Assembly (NCBI GenBank): GCA_963804165.1
Contig: CAWDPO010000010.1
Span: 1 to 64,000, forward strand
From: an uncultured delta proteobacterium
GTDB taxonomy: Bacteria; Desulfobacterota; Binatia; UBA9968
Reading direction: 5' to 3'
Length of the DNA: 64,000 nt
Of this stretch, positions 21,029 through 32,666 are shown in pieces; the stretch's first letter is position 1; every line of letters begins with the position of its first letter. A program made the translations under genes and the position numbers. A model generated the notes under the pieces. It did not search any database. It saw only the letters and a program-made list of their open reading frames with translations, and was not told the DNA's origin.

Positions 21029-22100
21029 ATGGCAACTCATAAGCATAGACCACCGATTTGGCTTTTTCTAGCAGCAGGCATTGTCGCTGCCACTCAGTTT
21101 TCGAATCGCGCATATTCCCAAGCGCCGTTTTACCAAGGCAAGACCGTCACCGTAATTATCAGCACTTCTCCGGCGGGGACGGGTGATCTGCGAGTCAAGG
21201 CTCTGGTGCCTTTTCTGCGCAAGCATATTCCCGGAAATCCGACGATGGTGCTCGAGTATATGGACGGCGGCGGCGGGCGCAAAGCGGCGAACTACATGTT
21301 CCGCAACGCTCGCCCGGACGGGCTCACGATCGGCGCGATGAGCAGCGGCGTCGATTTCTCTGAATATCATGCGCGAAAGCGGCGTGATGTACGATCTCGA
21401 TAAGTTTAATCTATCTGGGCGCGCCGGAAACCGCCGGCCACCAAACCATCTACACGCGCAAGGAACTCGGTTTAAACAATCTCGAAAAACTTCGGGCCAA
21501 GCCCGGCCTGCGCATCGGCGCCCAGTCGGTGGGACATGTCTCTTATATCGCCGGACGATTCTTCGCTTACTTCCTCGATTTCAAAGAACCGAAGTTTATC
21601 GCCGGCTACACCGCGCCAGAGGTCGACGCGGCGCTCTTGCGCGGCGAGCTCGATGCGCGGGCAAATGCGGCCGTGTCAGTATTGCGGCGCAATCCAGATT
21701 GGCTGGAAAAAGGCGTGATGGACTTTCACGCGATCATGGAAGTTCCCAAGGGCGCCAAGCACCCTCGCTTGGGCCACCTTCCCGAGATCGAGAGCTTTGT
21801 CAAAACGGATCGGGAGAAAAAGCTTCTCGAATGTCTGGCGGGTTTTTAGATCCGTCGGCTCGCCGTACGTACGTGCCGCCGGCAACACCGAAGGACCGCG
21901 TCGATATTCTCCAGGACGCGATGCGCAAGGCGCTCAAAGACACCGAGTTGCATCGTGAGTTTTTGAAGCTCGTCGGCGAAGAAGTCGAGCCGATGATGCC
22001 CGAGGAATTGACCAAGCTCATCAGGGAAACTCCTCGCGACACCGAAATAATCGACTTGATCAAGGTTCTTTCCGGCGCCGGGCCGCTGCCGCCGCGCTAG
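21029..22100 (+). CDS. TctC/Bug-like receptor (copy 4; several frameshifts)
   Basis: FYQGKT..STSPAGTGD; ORF pieces 21029, 21529 and 21369; ends GPLPPR. Confidence 0.86.
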
Positions 22101-22368
22101 GTGAGAGAACGTCTTGACAAGCAGAACAGAGCCATATTCAATGCACGCCCAGCCACGGGGATCAGCGCCGATCCGAATAAGCCCAGACCATGAGCGAACC
22201 TCGCCATAGGTTACCATTGTCGCCTGCATCTTGCCGGCCGATCCGCAACCGTGCTTGGGGCTAATTGCCGATCGATGACCCAAGAATCTCTTCACCGCGG
22301 TCCACTGCTCGTCAAACATGATGGATTGGCCGAACAACGCCGGAGCGGCGTTAGGAGCCAAAAGAAGC

Positions 22369-23443
22369 ATGAAGTTAAAAAGACGCGAGGCTTGGACTTT
22401 TTGCAGGACGGTTTCTTGCCGCCCTTCTGACCAGCCTTTCACTATTGCCCGACGACCTCTCGGCCCAGACTCCGTATTATCAAGGCAAGACCATTACCAT
22501 CATTCAGGGCCGCGAGCCCGGCGGCACGGGCGATATGCGGGTGAGAGCGATGATACCCTTCCTGCAAAAATACATTCCGGGAAACCCGAACATCGTCAGC
22601 GAGTATATGCCCGGCGGCGGCGGTCGAAAGGCCGCAAATCACGTCTACCGGTCTGCTCGCCCTGACGGCTTGATGATCGGCAACCCCGGGCTCGGCATGG
22701 TTGCTGCCGCGGTGCTCGGAGAATCGGGAGTTCTTTACGATCTCGATAAGTTTTTCTATCTGGGGTCACCCTACAGCTCGTATCACCCGCTCTTTTTAAG
22801 CAGGAAACAGGCGGGCTTGAGCAGCATTGAGAAACTCACCGCCGCTTCCGGAGTCAGGATCGGCGGCCAATCCGTGGGTTTCTCTACCTACAATGAAGGT
22901 CGCCTCTTTGCCTACATTCTTGGTCTCAAGGACCCCAAATTCATCGCCGGCTATGCGGGGCCGGAAATCGACCAGGCGCTCATGCGCGGCGAGGTGGACG
23001 CGCGCGCGACCGCGGCTGACTCGATAGCGCAACGGAACCCGGACTGGCTCGAAGGCGGGTTGGTGGACTTTCACACGATCTTGGAAATTCCCAAGGGCGA
23101 CAAACATCCCCAGTTCAAGCAGCTTCCCGAGCTGGAGAGCTTTGCCAGGTCGGATAGAGAGCGTAAGGTGATCATTTTGTCGCGCGCTTTCAGAGTGGCC
23201 GGCGGCCCCTCCGTCCTTCCGCCAGGAACCCCCAAGGATCGGGTCGCTGTTGTCCAAGAGGCGTTTCGCAAAACCTATAAAGACCCGGAATTTCTGCGCG
23301 AATATAAAAAGCTCACCGGCGACGAGGCGTCGCCTCTCCTCCCCGAGGACCATGAAAAGGTGATCAAAGAAATCCCCCGCGAGCCCGAGATCATCGAGCT
23401 ATACAAGAAAATTGCCGGCGCAGGGGCGTTGCCGCCGCGGTAA
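22369..23443 (+). CDS. TctC/Bug-like receptor (copy 5; frameshift in the signal peptide)
   Basis: YYQGKT..QGREPGGTGD; ends GALPPR; ATG after aggag RBS. Confidence 0.88.
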
Positions 23444-23459
23444 GAGAAGGAGACTCGCC

Positions 23460-24515
23460 ATGAAGATCAAAATCATGACGCCGATTCTATGCTCAGCGCT
23501 GTTGACTCAGCTGGTTATGCAACCTGACTTCCTTTATTCACAGTCCGACTTTTATCGGGGCAAAACTATTAGAATGGTGCACGGGCGCGACGCCGGCGGC
23601 TCAGGAGACCTGCGGGTGAAAGCGCTGGTGCCGTTTCTGCAGAAATACATCCCCGGAAATCCCACCATCGTTCATGAGTTCATGCCGGGAGGCGGCGGCC
23701 GGAAGGCCGGCAACTATATTTTTGGATCGGCGGCGCCCGATGGATTGACCATCGGAAACGCGGGTAGCGGCATGGTATCGAGCGCGGTTCTCGGCGAAAC
23801 GGGTGTGCAATACGACATCGATAAACTCATTTTCCTTGGGTCGCCCTATAGTTCCACTCATTATTTTTTCTTGACGCGACGAGAAACAGGTCTGACGACG
23901 CTGGAGAAACTGCGGTCAGCGCCAGGCGTGCGCGTCGGTGCGCAATCCGTCGGCCATACTATTTACAATATCGGCAGGCTCTTCGCTTGGGTTCTGCCTC
24001 TCAAAGATCCCAAGTTTGTCACCGGTTATTCGACTCCTGAGCGCGATGTTGCTTTCATGGCCGGCGAGCTCGACGCTCTCGCTACCACCGACGATCATCT
24101 GGTGCGTAATCCCGAATGGATATCGGCGAACAAAATTGATCTCCATGCCTTGATGGAAGTTCCGAGGGGAAACAAGTATCCCCGCTTTGGTCACCTGCCC
24201 GATATTGAAACCTTCGCTAAGTCGGAAAAAGAGCGAAAAGTGCTGGCGATGTTTCGCAATCTGCGGCTGACCGGTTCGCCGTTCTTTGTTTCGCCACGAA
24301 CCCCCGCGGATCGGGTCGAAATACTCAAGCAGGCGATGACCAAGAGCCTCAATGACCCGGAGTTTTACAAAGAGCACAAAAAACTCGTCAGCGAAGAGCC
24401 CACGCCGCTTTCGCCGGACGAAAATCAAAGAGCTATTCGGGAATTGCCTCGCGACGCCGAGACCATCGCGCTTTTTAACAAGCTCGCCGGTCCGGCGCCG
24501 CTGCCGGCGCGGTAG
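23460..24515 (+). CDS. TctC/Bug-like receptor (copy 6)
   Basis: FYRGKT..HGRDAGGSGD; ends PLPAR. Confidence 0.9.
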   Translation: MKIKIMTPILCSALLTQLVMQPDFLYSQSDFYRGKTIRMVHGRDAGGSGDLRVKALVPFLQKYIPGNPTIVHEFMPGGGGRKAGNYIFGSAAPDGLTIGNAGSGMVSSAVLGETGVQYDIDKLIFLGSPYSSTHYFFLTRRETGLTTLEKLRSAPGVRVGAQSVGHTIYNIGRLFAWVLPLKDPKFVTGYSTPERDVAFMAGELDALATTDDHLVRNPEWISANKIDLHALMEVPRGNKYPRFGHLPDIETFAKSEKERKVLAMFRNLRLTGSPFFVSPRTPADRVEILKQAMTKSLNDPEFYKEHKKLVSEEPTPLSPDENQRAIRELPRDAETIALFNKLAGPAPLPAR

Positions 24516-24590
24516 GCCTTGCGGCAGTTCAATGTTCCAAGTTCAACGTTTAACGTGTTCGATGCCGTCGCGAGTCAAAGGAGAGCAGCT

Positions 24591-25655
24591 ATGAAAAATC
24601 CGAGAAGCAAGTCGAGGATGAAGGCCGCACTCTTGATCGGCGCGTTGAGTGGTCTGATACCCGTGGTCGCTTATTCTCAGGGTAATTTTTACGAAGGCAA
24701 AACCATCACGCTCATCGCGTTCACCGCACCGGGCGGAAGCGGGGATCTTCGGGTAAAAGCGGTGGTTCCTTTTCTGAAAAAACATATTCCCGGAAATCCC
24801 ACGGTCGTGATTGAGTACATGGACGGCGGCGGTGGTCGAAAAGGGGCAAATCACCTCTATCATTCGGCGCGCCCCGATGGGCTCACCATAGGCGGGGGCA
24901 GCGGGGCAATCGTGGGCTTGGGCATCATGCGTGAACAAGGCGTCTCCTATGATGTCGACAAGTTCATCTATCTCGGTACTCCGGAGAGTGAAAACCACGC
25001 CGTCATCTACACGAGAACGGAACTTGGGCTGGATAACTTGGAGAAGCTTAAGGCCAAACCTGGGATTAGGATCGGGGGACAGACCGTCGGTCATACTTCC
25101 TACGTTGCGGGGCGGTTTTTTGCGTATTTCTTGGACATGAAGGAACCGAAGTTTATCGTGGGTTACACGTCCCCCGAGGTGGACGTAGCCCTGCAGAATG
25201 GCGAGCTCGATGCTAGAGCCAATGCGGCCATATCGGTTTTGCGCCGCAATCCGGAGTGGTTAGAAAAAAAACTGATGAACTTTCACGCCATTATGGAGAT
25301 CCCGAAAGGGATTAAGCATCCTCGCCTCAGTCACCTGCCGGAGATAGAAAGCTTCGCCAAGACCGACAGGGAAAAAAAGGTTCTTGCCGTTTGGCGTGCA
25401 TTCCGTGGCGTCGGCTCGCCTTACATCTTGCCTCCGGGAACACCCAAAGACAGGGTTGAGATTCTCGAAGAGGCGATGCGCAGGGCCTTTAAAGATCCAG
25501 AGTTCCCTAAATACTTCAGGAAACTGGTCGACGACGATCCTTCACCGCTGGGAGCAGCAGAATTGGCCCGGCTGATTCGGGAGATGCCGCGGGACCCCGA
25601 GGTTTTAGAACTGATAAAAAAGTTCTCCGGGGCAGGACCGCTGCCGCCGCGCTAA
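24591..25655 (+). CDS. TctC/Bug-like receptor (copy 7)
   Basis: FYEGKT..FTAPGGSGD; ends GPLPPR. Confidence 0.9.
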   Translation: MKNPRSKSRMKAALLIGALSGLIPVVAYSQGNFYEGKTITLIAFTAPGGSGDLRVKAVVPFLKKHIPGNPTVVIEYMDGGGGRKGANHLYHSARPDGLTIGGGSGAIVGLGIMREQGVSYDVDKFIYLGTPESENHAVIYTRTELGLDNLEKLKAKPGIRIGGQTVGHTSYVAGRFFAYFLDMKEPKFIVGYTSPEVDVALQNGELDARANAAISVLRRNPEWLEKKLMNFHAIMEIPKGIKHPRLSHLPEIESFAKTDREKKVLAVWRAFRGVGSPYILPPGTPKDRVEILEEAMRRAFKDPEFPKYFRKLVDDDPSPLGAAELARLIREMPRDPEVLELIKKFSGAGPLPPR

Positions 25656-25662
25656 CTCGAAT

Positions 25663-25777
25663 GGTTCAAGTCGTTCAAAATCGTTCAAGCCCCCACCTCT
25701 TTCCTCCCCCGCGTCGCGGGGGAGGATGAAGGAGGGGGTTGAACGGGGTTGAACGGCTTGAACGATTTGAACCTCTC
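25663..25777. repeat. GTTCAA/TTGAAC palindrome with a nested GC hairpin
   Basis: ggttcaagtcgttcaaaatcgttcaagccccc ... cctcccccgcgtcgcgggggagg ... ggggttgaacggcttgaacgatttgaacc. Confidence 0.82.
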
Positions 25778-25799
25778 ACCAAAAAAATGGAGGCATGAC

Positions 25800-26861
25800 A
25801 TGAAAACAAATGAACTGCGAACGCGGCTGGCCGCATCTGCGGCGCTGTGCGCGTTGGTATTTCTTTTCTCTACCCCCGCCTATTCCCAGACCCCATTCTA
25901 TCAAGGCAAGACGATCACGCTCCTGCACGGCCGAGCTCCCGGCGGATCAGGCGACTATCGTGTGCGCGCCGTGCTGCCTTTCCTGCAAAAATACATTCCC
26001 GGCAATCCAACTTTCATCCACGAGTACATGGACGGCGGCGGCGGGCGCAAAGCTGCCAATCATATTTTCGCTATGACCCGTACGGATGGATTGGTCCTCG
26101 GCAACGTGGGCGGCGGCGTGGTCGCCAACGCAGTACTCGGCGAATCTGGCGTGCAGTACGACCTCGACAAGCTACCCTTCATCGGTTCGCCGTACAGCGC
26201 CACTCACTATGTGCTGGCCACCCGCCGAGAAGCTGGGCTGACGAGTCTAGAGAAACTACGCGCCGCCACGGGGATACGCCTCGGCGCCCAGTCGGTCGGC
26301 CATACCAATTACACCCTCGGCAGAATTTTCGCCGCGCTACTCGGTCTAAAAGACACCAAGTACGTCACCGGTTATTCGATTCCCGAGCGCGACGTCGCTT
26401 TGCTGCGCGGCGAGATCGACGCCATCACCAACTCGGATGACTTCTACGCGCGCAACCCTGAATGGATCGAAAAGAAATTGGTGGATTTCCACGTCGTCAT
26501 GGAGATCCCCAAAGGCGAAAAGCACCCGCTCTTTTCCCGTCTCCCCGAGATCGAAACCTTTGCTAAAACGGACCGGGCCCGCAAGCTGCTGTCGATGTTT
26601 CGTCTCTTCCGGCTTTCCGGATCGCCTTTCATTTTGCCGCCGGTAACCCAGAAGGACCGCGCGGAGATTATCAAAGAGGCGTTGCGAAAATCTTTCAAGG
26701 ATCCTGAGTTCGTCAAGGAATACCGAAAAGTCGTCGGCGAAGATCCCACGCCATTGTTGCCGGAGGAAAACGAGCGCGCCATCCGCGAGCTGCCGCGTGA
26801 TCCGGAGACCATCGAACTGTTCAAGAAATTTGCTGGCGCGGGCGCGTTGCCGGTGCCATAA
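25800..26861 (+). CDS. TctC/Bug-like receptor (copy 8)
   Basis: FYQGKT..HGRAPGGSGD. Confidence 0.9.
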   Translation: MKTNELRTRLAASAALCALVFLFSTPAYSQTPFYQGKTITLLHGRAPGGSGDYRVRAVLPFLQKYIPGNPTFIHEYMDGGGGRKAANHIFAMTRTDGLVLGNVGGGVVANAVLGESGVQYDLDKLPFIGSPYSATHYVLATRREAGLTSLEKLRAATGIRLGAQSVGHTNYTLGRIFAALLGLKDTKYVTGYSIPERDVALLRGEIDAITNSDDFYARNPEWIEKKLVDFHVVMEIPKGEKHPLFSRLPEIETFAKTDRARKLLSMFRLFRLSGSPFILPPVTQKDRAEIIKEALRKSFKDPEFVKEYRKVVGEDPTPLLPEENERAIRELPRDPETIELFKKFAGAGALPVP

Positions 26862-26920
26862 ACCAGGGGGGAATTGAGAGTTCAAGAGGAGCACCTGGGA
26901 AAATGTCAGGAGAATTAACA

Positions 26921-27961
26921 ATGAAACAGGCAGTCAAAGCCGCAATGTGCGCGCTATTATTTTTCGCCACACCGGCGTTCGCCCAGGCGCCGTTCTATCA
27001 AGGCAAAACCGTAACCGTACTCGCCAGTACCGCTCCCGGCGGCACCGGCGACATGCGCGTGAAATCGGTAGTGCCGTTCCTACGCAAATATATTCCGGGC
27101 AGCCCCACGATCATCGTCGAATACATGGACGGCGGCGGCGGACGCAAGGGCGCGAATTATTTGTTTCGCAATGCCAAGCCCGACGGGCTCACCATCGGCG
27201 CCCTGAGCGGCTCGATCGTGGCGTTGCAGCTGATGCGCGAGAGCGGCGTCATGTACGACATCGATAAATTCATTCACTTGGGCTCGCCGGAAAGCACAAC
27301 TCACTATACGATTTACACGAGAAGAGAATTGGGATTGGGGAATATGGACAAGCTGCGCGCCTATCCGGGACTTCGCATCGGCGCCCAGTCGGTCGGACAT
27401 GTGTCCTATATTGCCGGGCGGATGTTTGCCTATTTCTTTGGTTTGAAAGATCCGAAATTTATCGCCGGCTACACCGCTCCGGAAGTAGACGCGGCCTTGA
27501 TGCGCGGCGAGCTGGACGCGAGAGCCAACAACGCGGCGTCAGTGTTAAGGCGTAATCCTGACTGGTTCGACAAAGGCGTGATGAATTTTCATGCCATCTT
27601 GGAAGTTCCCAAGGGAGCGAAACATGGAAAGCTCGGCCACTTGCCTGAGATCGAGAGCTTTGCCAAAACCGACAGAGAGAAAAAGCTGATTACTATGTGG
27701 CGGGTATTTAGAATAGTCGGATCGCCTTACATGTTGCCGCCCGGCACGCCGAAAGACCGCGTCGACATCTTGCAAGACTCCATGCGCAGGGCGCTCAAAG
27801 ACCCGGAGTTCCAGCGGGAATTTCTCAAACTGGTCGGCGATGAGGCGGAACCGCTCATGCCGGAGGAATTGACCAAAGCGATCCGGGAAGCGCCGCGGGA
27901 CCTGGAGGTTGTCGAGTTGCTCAAGACTCTTTCTGGTGCCGACCCATTGCCGGCGCGGTGA
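26921..27961 (+). CDS. TctC/Bug-like receptor (copy 9)
   Basis: FYQGKT..STAPGGTGD; ends PLPAR. Confidence 0.9.
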   Translation: MKQAVKAAMCALLFFATPAFAQAPFYQGKTVTVLASTAPGGTGDMRVKSVVPFLRKYIPGSPTIIVEYMDGGGGRKGANYLFRNAKPDGLTIGALSGSIVALQLMRESGVMYDIDKFIHLGSPESTTHYTIYTRRELGLGNMDKLRAYPGLRIGAQSVGHVSYIAGRMFAYFFGLKDPKFIAGYTAPEVDAALMRGELDARANNAASVLRRNPDWFDKGVMNFHAILEVPKGAKHGKLGHLPEIESFAKTDREKKLITMWRVFRIVGSPYMLPPGTPKDRVDILQDSMRRALKDPEFQREFLKLVGDEAEPLMPEELTKAIREAPRDLEVVELLKTLSGADPLPAR

Positions 27962-28120
27962 ATTCAACGGGTTCAAGTCGTTCAAAAAGTTCGACACGTA
28001 TTTCCGCTCATCCTTGATCCCTCGACAAGCTCGGGACTAAAGGCGCAGTCGAGGGAGCCTGTCCTGAGCGGAGCCGAAGGATCGAAGGATTGAACGTCTT
28101 GAACGGTTTGAACGATTGGA
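27962..28120. repeat. GTTCAA/TTGAAC palindrome with nested CCTGAGC..GCCGAAGG REP-like units
   Basis: gttcaagtcgttcaaaaagttc ... cctgtcctgagcggagccgaagg ... ttgaacgtcttgaacggtttgaac. Confidence 0.72.
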
Positions 28121-28266
28121 GCTGCTCAGTCAGAAACCACTTGCGTCGGGAAATTGAAAGCCATATAAGGGCGCTGCACTGGCAACCTGGTGAGACGGCG
28201 CGAACGATCCTGCGCCGTCGCCGGACGTCGTCAATCTAGGCATTCAAAGAGGCAAAGAGTATCGAA

Positions 28267-29808
28267 ATGGAACCTTCTCTTTTCGGCGCCGCCGTTCAAG
28301 GCTTTCTCAATCTCCTCCAGTTCAAGGTCTTCCTTGCCATGCTCATGGGCGTCAGTATCGGCACCTTTACCGCCGTAGCGCCGCAGGGACTGGGTATGCC
28401 ACTGGTTTACGCGATTGCGCTGCCGATCGTCATAAAGTGGGAGCCCATCACCGGCATCGCTCTTCTCATCGGCGCAAGCTCTGTGAGTGCGATTTGCGCG
28501 GCTTACCTGCCAATCTTGTTTGGCATCCCGGGAGGCTCTGGCTCGCAAGCCACCGTGCTCGACGGTTATCCGATGGGAAAGAAAGGCGAGGGCAGGCGCG
28601 CGCTCGGCGCCTCTTTTATGGCGGGCGGTATGGGGTGTCTGATCGGCACATTTACGCTCGCCGCCGCGATCCCCTTGGCGCGGCCGATCATTTATTTAAT
28701 GGGCTCGCCGGAGCTGTTTGTCGTCATGCTCTGGGGATTGAGCATGGTTGCCGTGCTCGCGGGGCGGCGTCCCATCAAAGGGCTCATCGCTGCCGCATTT
28801 GGATTGCTGCTCGCCACCATCGGCCAGCAAGCACAGAGCGGCGTCATGCGTTTCGTCTTCGATGTACCTTACCTCCTCGATGGCATGTCGATTAGCATCA
28901 TCGCGCTGGCGATGTTCGGCATTCCGTCGGCATTGGACCTAGCGCTCACCAAGCTCGGCGTGGAACAGCAGCCAGTACCGCTCAAGGGTAGTCTATTCGA
29001 CGGTGCCCGAGACGCGTTGCGCGAATGGTGGCTCGTCGTGCGCTGCAGTTTCGTCGGCGTTTGGGTTGGCATCGTCCCTGGACTTGGCTCGCAAGTCGTG
29101 GACTGGCTCGCCTACGGCCACGCGGCGCAAACTTGCAAGGGCGGGAGACAGACCTTTGGTCAGGGGGACGTGCGCGGCGTCATCGCGCCGGAAAGCGCCA
29201 ACGACGCCAAAGACGGCGGCGATCTTGTAACGACATTGATTTTGGGGTTTCCGCAGGGCGTGGTGACGGCACTTTTTATCGTCGCGTTGCTCGCCTGGGG
29301 ATATCTGCCCGGCCCGGAGATGGTGAAGAAAAATCCGGAGATTATTTATAGCGTCGTCTGGCTCCAGGGCATTTCGGGACTCGTCGGGACGCTGATCGGC
29401 TTTACGTTGGCCGCGCAGCTCGCCAAGCTGGCGCAAGTTCGCTACAGCTTCATGGTTCCGGTGATGTTCATCTTCATTCTGATGGGAGCTTTCAGCGTTA
29501 ACCGCGATCCCGCCGACCTGCTCGTTGTCGTCGCCTTTGGCATCTTGGGTTATTTCATGCGGCGCTTCGGTTACCCGCGGCCGGCGATGATCCTCGGCTT
29601 GGTGCTGGGCGATTTGATGGAAAAATATCTTTATCGCTCCGTGGCGAGCTACGGCTTTACCTGGCTCGCCCGGCCGGCGGTAATCGCGCTTTTGATCATG
29701 GCAGGGGCATCCCTGTATTTTACGCTGCGCGGCAGGGTTAAAGCGCGGCGAGAAGCACCTCCCGCAACATTCAGCGGGGCAATCGCGAGGGCCGAAGATG
29801 AAAGCTGA
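28267..29808 (+). CDS. tctA: Tripartite tricarboxylate transporter large subunit TctA
   Basis: Multi-TM; ATVLDGYPM.KKG, GVWVGIVPGLG, GVIAPESANDA, GLVLG..ME. Confidence 0.92.
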   Translation: MEPSLFGAAVQGFLNLLQFKVFLAMLMGVSIGTFTAVAPQGLGMPLVYAIALPIVIKWEPITGIALLIGASSVSAICAAYLPILFGIPGGSGSQATVLDGYPMGKKGEGRRALGASFMAGGMGCLIGTFTLAAAIPLARPIIYLMGSPELFVVMLWGLSMVAVLAGRRPIKGLIAAAFGLLLATIGQQAQSGVMRFVFDVPYLLDGMSISIIALAMFGIPSALDLALTKLGVEQQPVPLKGSLFDGARDALREWWLVVRCSFVGVWVGIVPGLGSQVVDWLAYGHAAQTCKGGRQTFGQGDVRGVIAPESANDAKDGGDLVTTLILGFPQGVVTALFIVALLAWGYLPGPEMVKKNPEIIYSVVWLQGISGLVGTLIGFTLAAQLAKLAQVRYSFMVPVMFIFILMGAFSVNRDPADLLVVVAFGILGYFMRRFGYPRPAMILGLVLGDLMEKYLYRSVASYGFTWLARPAVIALLIMAGASLYFTLRGRVKARREAPPATFSGAIARAEDES

Positions 29809-30268
29809 TTTCACGATTTTCTTTTTGATCATTTTCGCCGTCGCGGCGTTCGTCGGGTGGGACTGGCCCAACATCGCTAAGATCATGCCCGTCTACGTCG
29901 CGGCCATTCCGGGCCTCGTGCTCGTGCTCGTGCAACTGTACCGAGAGGCCACCGGCTGGGAGCAACATCGAAGCAGCGCATCCGGCGGCATCGACATGGA
30001 CGAGAGCGGCGCCGTCCAACTAGATCAGCAAACCGAGCTGCGGCGCACGCTGGGGTACTTCGGCTGGTTCATCGGCGGCGCGGTCGGCATCTGGCTTCTC
30101 GGGTTGGTGATCAGCCTGCCTCTACTGGTATTTCTTTACGGTCTCGTTGAGGGCAAGGAGAAATGGTTCACCGCGCTGATCATGGCGGCGTGCACCTACG
30201 CGCTCGTTTGGGGCCTGTTTGAATACATGTTGGAAACCCGATGGCCGTCGGGTCTGCTGTTCGGCTGA
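29798..30268 (+). CDS. tctB: Tripartite tricarboxylate transporter small subunit TctB
   Basis: About 4 TM, C-terminal LFEYML...WPSGLL; overlaps tctA. Confidence 0.8.
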   Translation: MKADFTIFFLIIFAVAAFVGWDWPNIAKIMPVYVAAIPGLVLVLVQLYREATGWEQHRSSASGGIDMDESGAVQLDQQTELRRTLGYFGWFIGGAVGIWLLGLVISLPLLVFLYGLVEGKEKWFTALIMAACTYALVWGLFEYMLETRWPSGLLFG

Positions 30269-30307
30269 CGCGCACCTCGGCAAATTTTTTTCAAAGTGCG
30301 GGTGAAT

Positions 30308-31363
30308 ATGCAGTTGAGAAAAATGCCCTGGGAAATTTTCTTACTATCGTTGGCTTTCTGTCTGGTCACGAGCCCCGCCCTCGCCCAAGTCCCCTACTTC
30401 CAGAACAAAACAATTAAGATTATCCGCGGCGGCGAGCCCGGCGGCACCGGCGACTTGCAGGCACGGGCGTTGATTCCAGCTCTAAAAAAACATATACCCG
30501 GCCAGCCCACCATCATCGTCGAAAATATGCCCGGCGCCGCCGGCCGCAAGGCGGTCAACTACATTTATTCGACAGCGAAACCCGACGGGCTTGCCATCGG
30601 CGCGGTCGGCGCGGGATTAGTCGCGGGGCCGATTCTCGGCCTCGCTGGATCCCAGTACGATATCGACAAGCTCATTTATCTCGGCTCGACCGAAAGCGGC
30701 GATCCCTACGTCTTCGTCAGCCGCAAGGAATCCGGCCTCGATAGTCTCGATAAACTTCGTGCTGCCACGAGGCTGAGAATCGGCGCACAGGCAGTCGGCC
30801 ATCCGATCTTCATCAGCGGACGCATGTTCGCCTATTTACTAGGGTTGAAAGAACCTCGGATGGTCGTCGGCTACGGCGGCCCGGAAATCGATATCGCCCT
30901 TGCGAAGGGCGAAGTGGATGTCCGCGCCAACGGCGCGGACTCGATCTTCCAACGCAGCCGCGAAGGTCTGGAAATAAACCAACTCCACTTTCACGCCTCG
31001 ATCACGATTCCAAAAGGAAATTTCATTCAAGGGTTGCCCAAAGCCCCGGATCTCGACACTTTCGCCAAAAACGATGGGGAGCGTAAGCTGATCGAGCTGT
31101 TTCGCGCCTTTCTTTATCCGCGCTGGCCTTATATCGTGCCGCCGGCAACGCCCAAAGAAGTTGTGTCAATCTTGCGCAGCGCCATGACGAAGGCTCTCAA
31201 GGATCCCGAATTTCACAAAGATTTCAAAAAGCTCATGACCACAGAGCCGACGCCGCTCACCGGTGAACAGATGGAAACAGCGATACGCGAATTGCCGCGC
31301 GATCCGGAAACCGTCTCGCTCTATAAAAAAATGGCCGAGGACGTGCCGCTGCCGCCGCGATGA
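30308..31363 (+). CDS. TctC/Bug-like receptor (copy 10)
   Basis: YFQNKT..RGGEPGGTGD, NMPGAAG; ends PLPPR. Confidence 0.9.
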   Translation: MQLRKMPWEIFLLSLAFCLVTSPALAQVPYFQNKTIKIIRGGEPGGTGDLQARALIPALKKHIPGQPTIIVENMPGAAGRKAVNYIYSTAKPDGLAIGAVGAGLVAGPILGLAGSQYDIDKLIYLGSTESGDPYVFVSRKESGLDSLDKLRAATRLRIGAQAVGHPIFISGRMFAYLLGLKEPRMVVGYGGPEIDIALAKGEVDVRANGADSIFQRSREGLEINQLHFHASITIPKGNFIQGLPKAPDLDTFAKNDGERKLIELFRAFLYPRWPYIVPPATPKEVVSILRSAMTKALKDPEFHKDFKKLMTTEPTPLTGEQMETAIRELPRDPETVSLYKKMAEDVPLPPR

Positions 31364-31369
31364 ATTGAA

Positions 31370-31575
31370 AGAGTTCCAATCGTTCCAATCGTTCCAAACG
31401 TTCAAGCCGTTCAAATCGTCGGAAAGGCGCGTAGGTCACACACACGAGAGAGCTAAAACATCCGAGCTTCGAACGGTTTGAACGGAGCATGGTTCGATGG
31501 CTCACCATGCACGGCACGTATTTCCGCTCATCCTGAGACTTGTCGAAGGATTGAACGGCTTGAAGGCTTTGAACC
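31370..31575. repeat. Composite GTTCAA/TTGAAC palindrome
   Basis: gttccaatcgttccaatcgttccaaacgttcaagccgttcaaa ... ttgaacggcttgaaggctttgaacc. Confidence 0.72.
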
Positions 31576-31604
31576 TCTGGTTGAAGAAGAAAGGGAGGAT
31601 CGAT

Positions 31605-32666
31605 ATGAAGTTAATCAAATACGCGTTGTTTTGCATCTCGTAGCTACATTTATGCGTCAATATCTGACATTCCCCATTCATTCGCCCAGACTCCTTTCTA
31701 CCAAGGCAAAACCTCACCATCGTCCAGGGCACCGAAGCCGGCGGCAGCTCGGACATGATGACAAACGGCCATGCTTAGCCAACTAAAGAAGCATATTCCC
31801 GGTGAGCCGACGGTCGTATCGGAATACATGCCCGGCAGCGGCGGTATCAAAAGCCGCCAACCATATCTTCAAGAATGCTCAAGCCCGACGGTCTCACCAT
31901 GGGCCGCGTCGGCGGCGGCCTGATCGCCAACGCCGTCCTCGGCGAAAAGGGCGTGCTCTACGATCTGAACAAGTTTATTTATTTGGGCTCGCCGCACAGC
32001 ACTTATCACTGGGTCTTCATCACGCGCAAAGAAGCCGGGCTTAAAAGTATCGAAACCCTACGCTCGGCAAGTGGAATTAGAATCGGCGCGCAAACCGTCG
32101 GCCACTCGAACTATTTCGTCGGCCGCCTGTTTGCCCTGTTGATCGGATTTAAAGATCCTAAAATGGTCGTGGGCTACTCCGGCAACGAGCTCGACCTCGC
32201 CCTCATGCGCGGCGAGATCGACGGCAGGATAAACAATCCGGACACGCTGACGATACGGAACGCGGAATGGCTCGCCAAAGGTATGATCGACATCCACGCG
32301 ATCATGGAAGTGCCGCGCGGCCTCAAACAAGCGGGCTTCGATCGTTTGCCTGAAGTTGAAGAGTTCGCCAAATCGGAGCGTGAAAAAAAGCTATTGGCTA
32401 TGGTTCGCACCTTCCGCCAGATCGGCACGCCGTCTTTCTTTCCGCCTGGCACGCCGGCGGAACCGGTAAAAATCCTCCGCGCCGCCACGGTGAAAATGTA
32501 CAGCGACCCGGACTTTCACAAAGAGTATAAGAAACTGGTCGGCGAGGAGCCGACACCGCTATTGGGTGAAGACATGGAACGCGCCCTCAAAGAATTACCG
32601 CGCGATCCAGAGACGGTCGATCTTTTCAAAAAGCTCAACGCCGCGGGACCGTTGCCGCCGCGGTGA
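31605..32666 (+). CDS. TctC/Bug-like receptor (copy 11; several frameshifts in the 5' part)
   Basis: Very similar to copy 12 (GSPHSTYHWVF, KLNAAGPLPPR). Confidence 0.86.
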
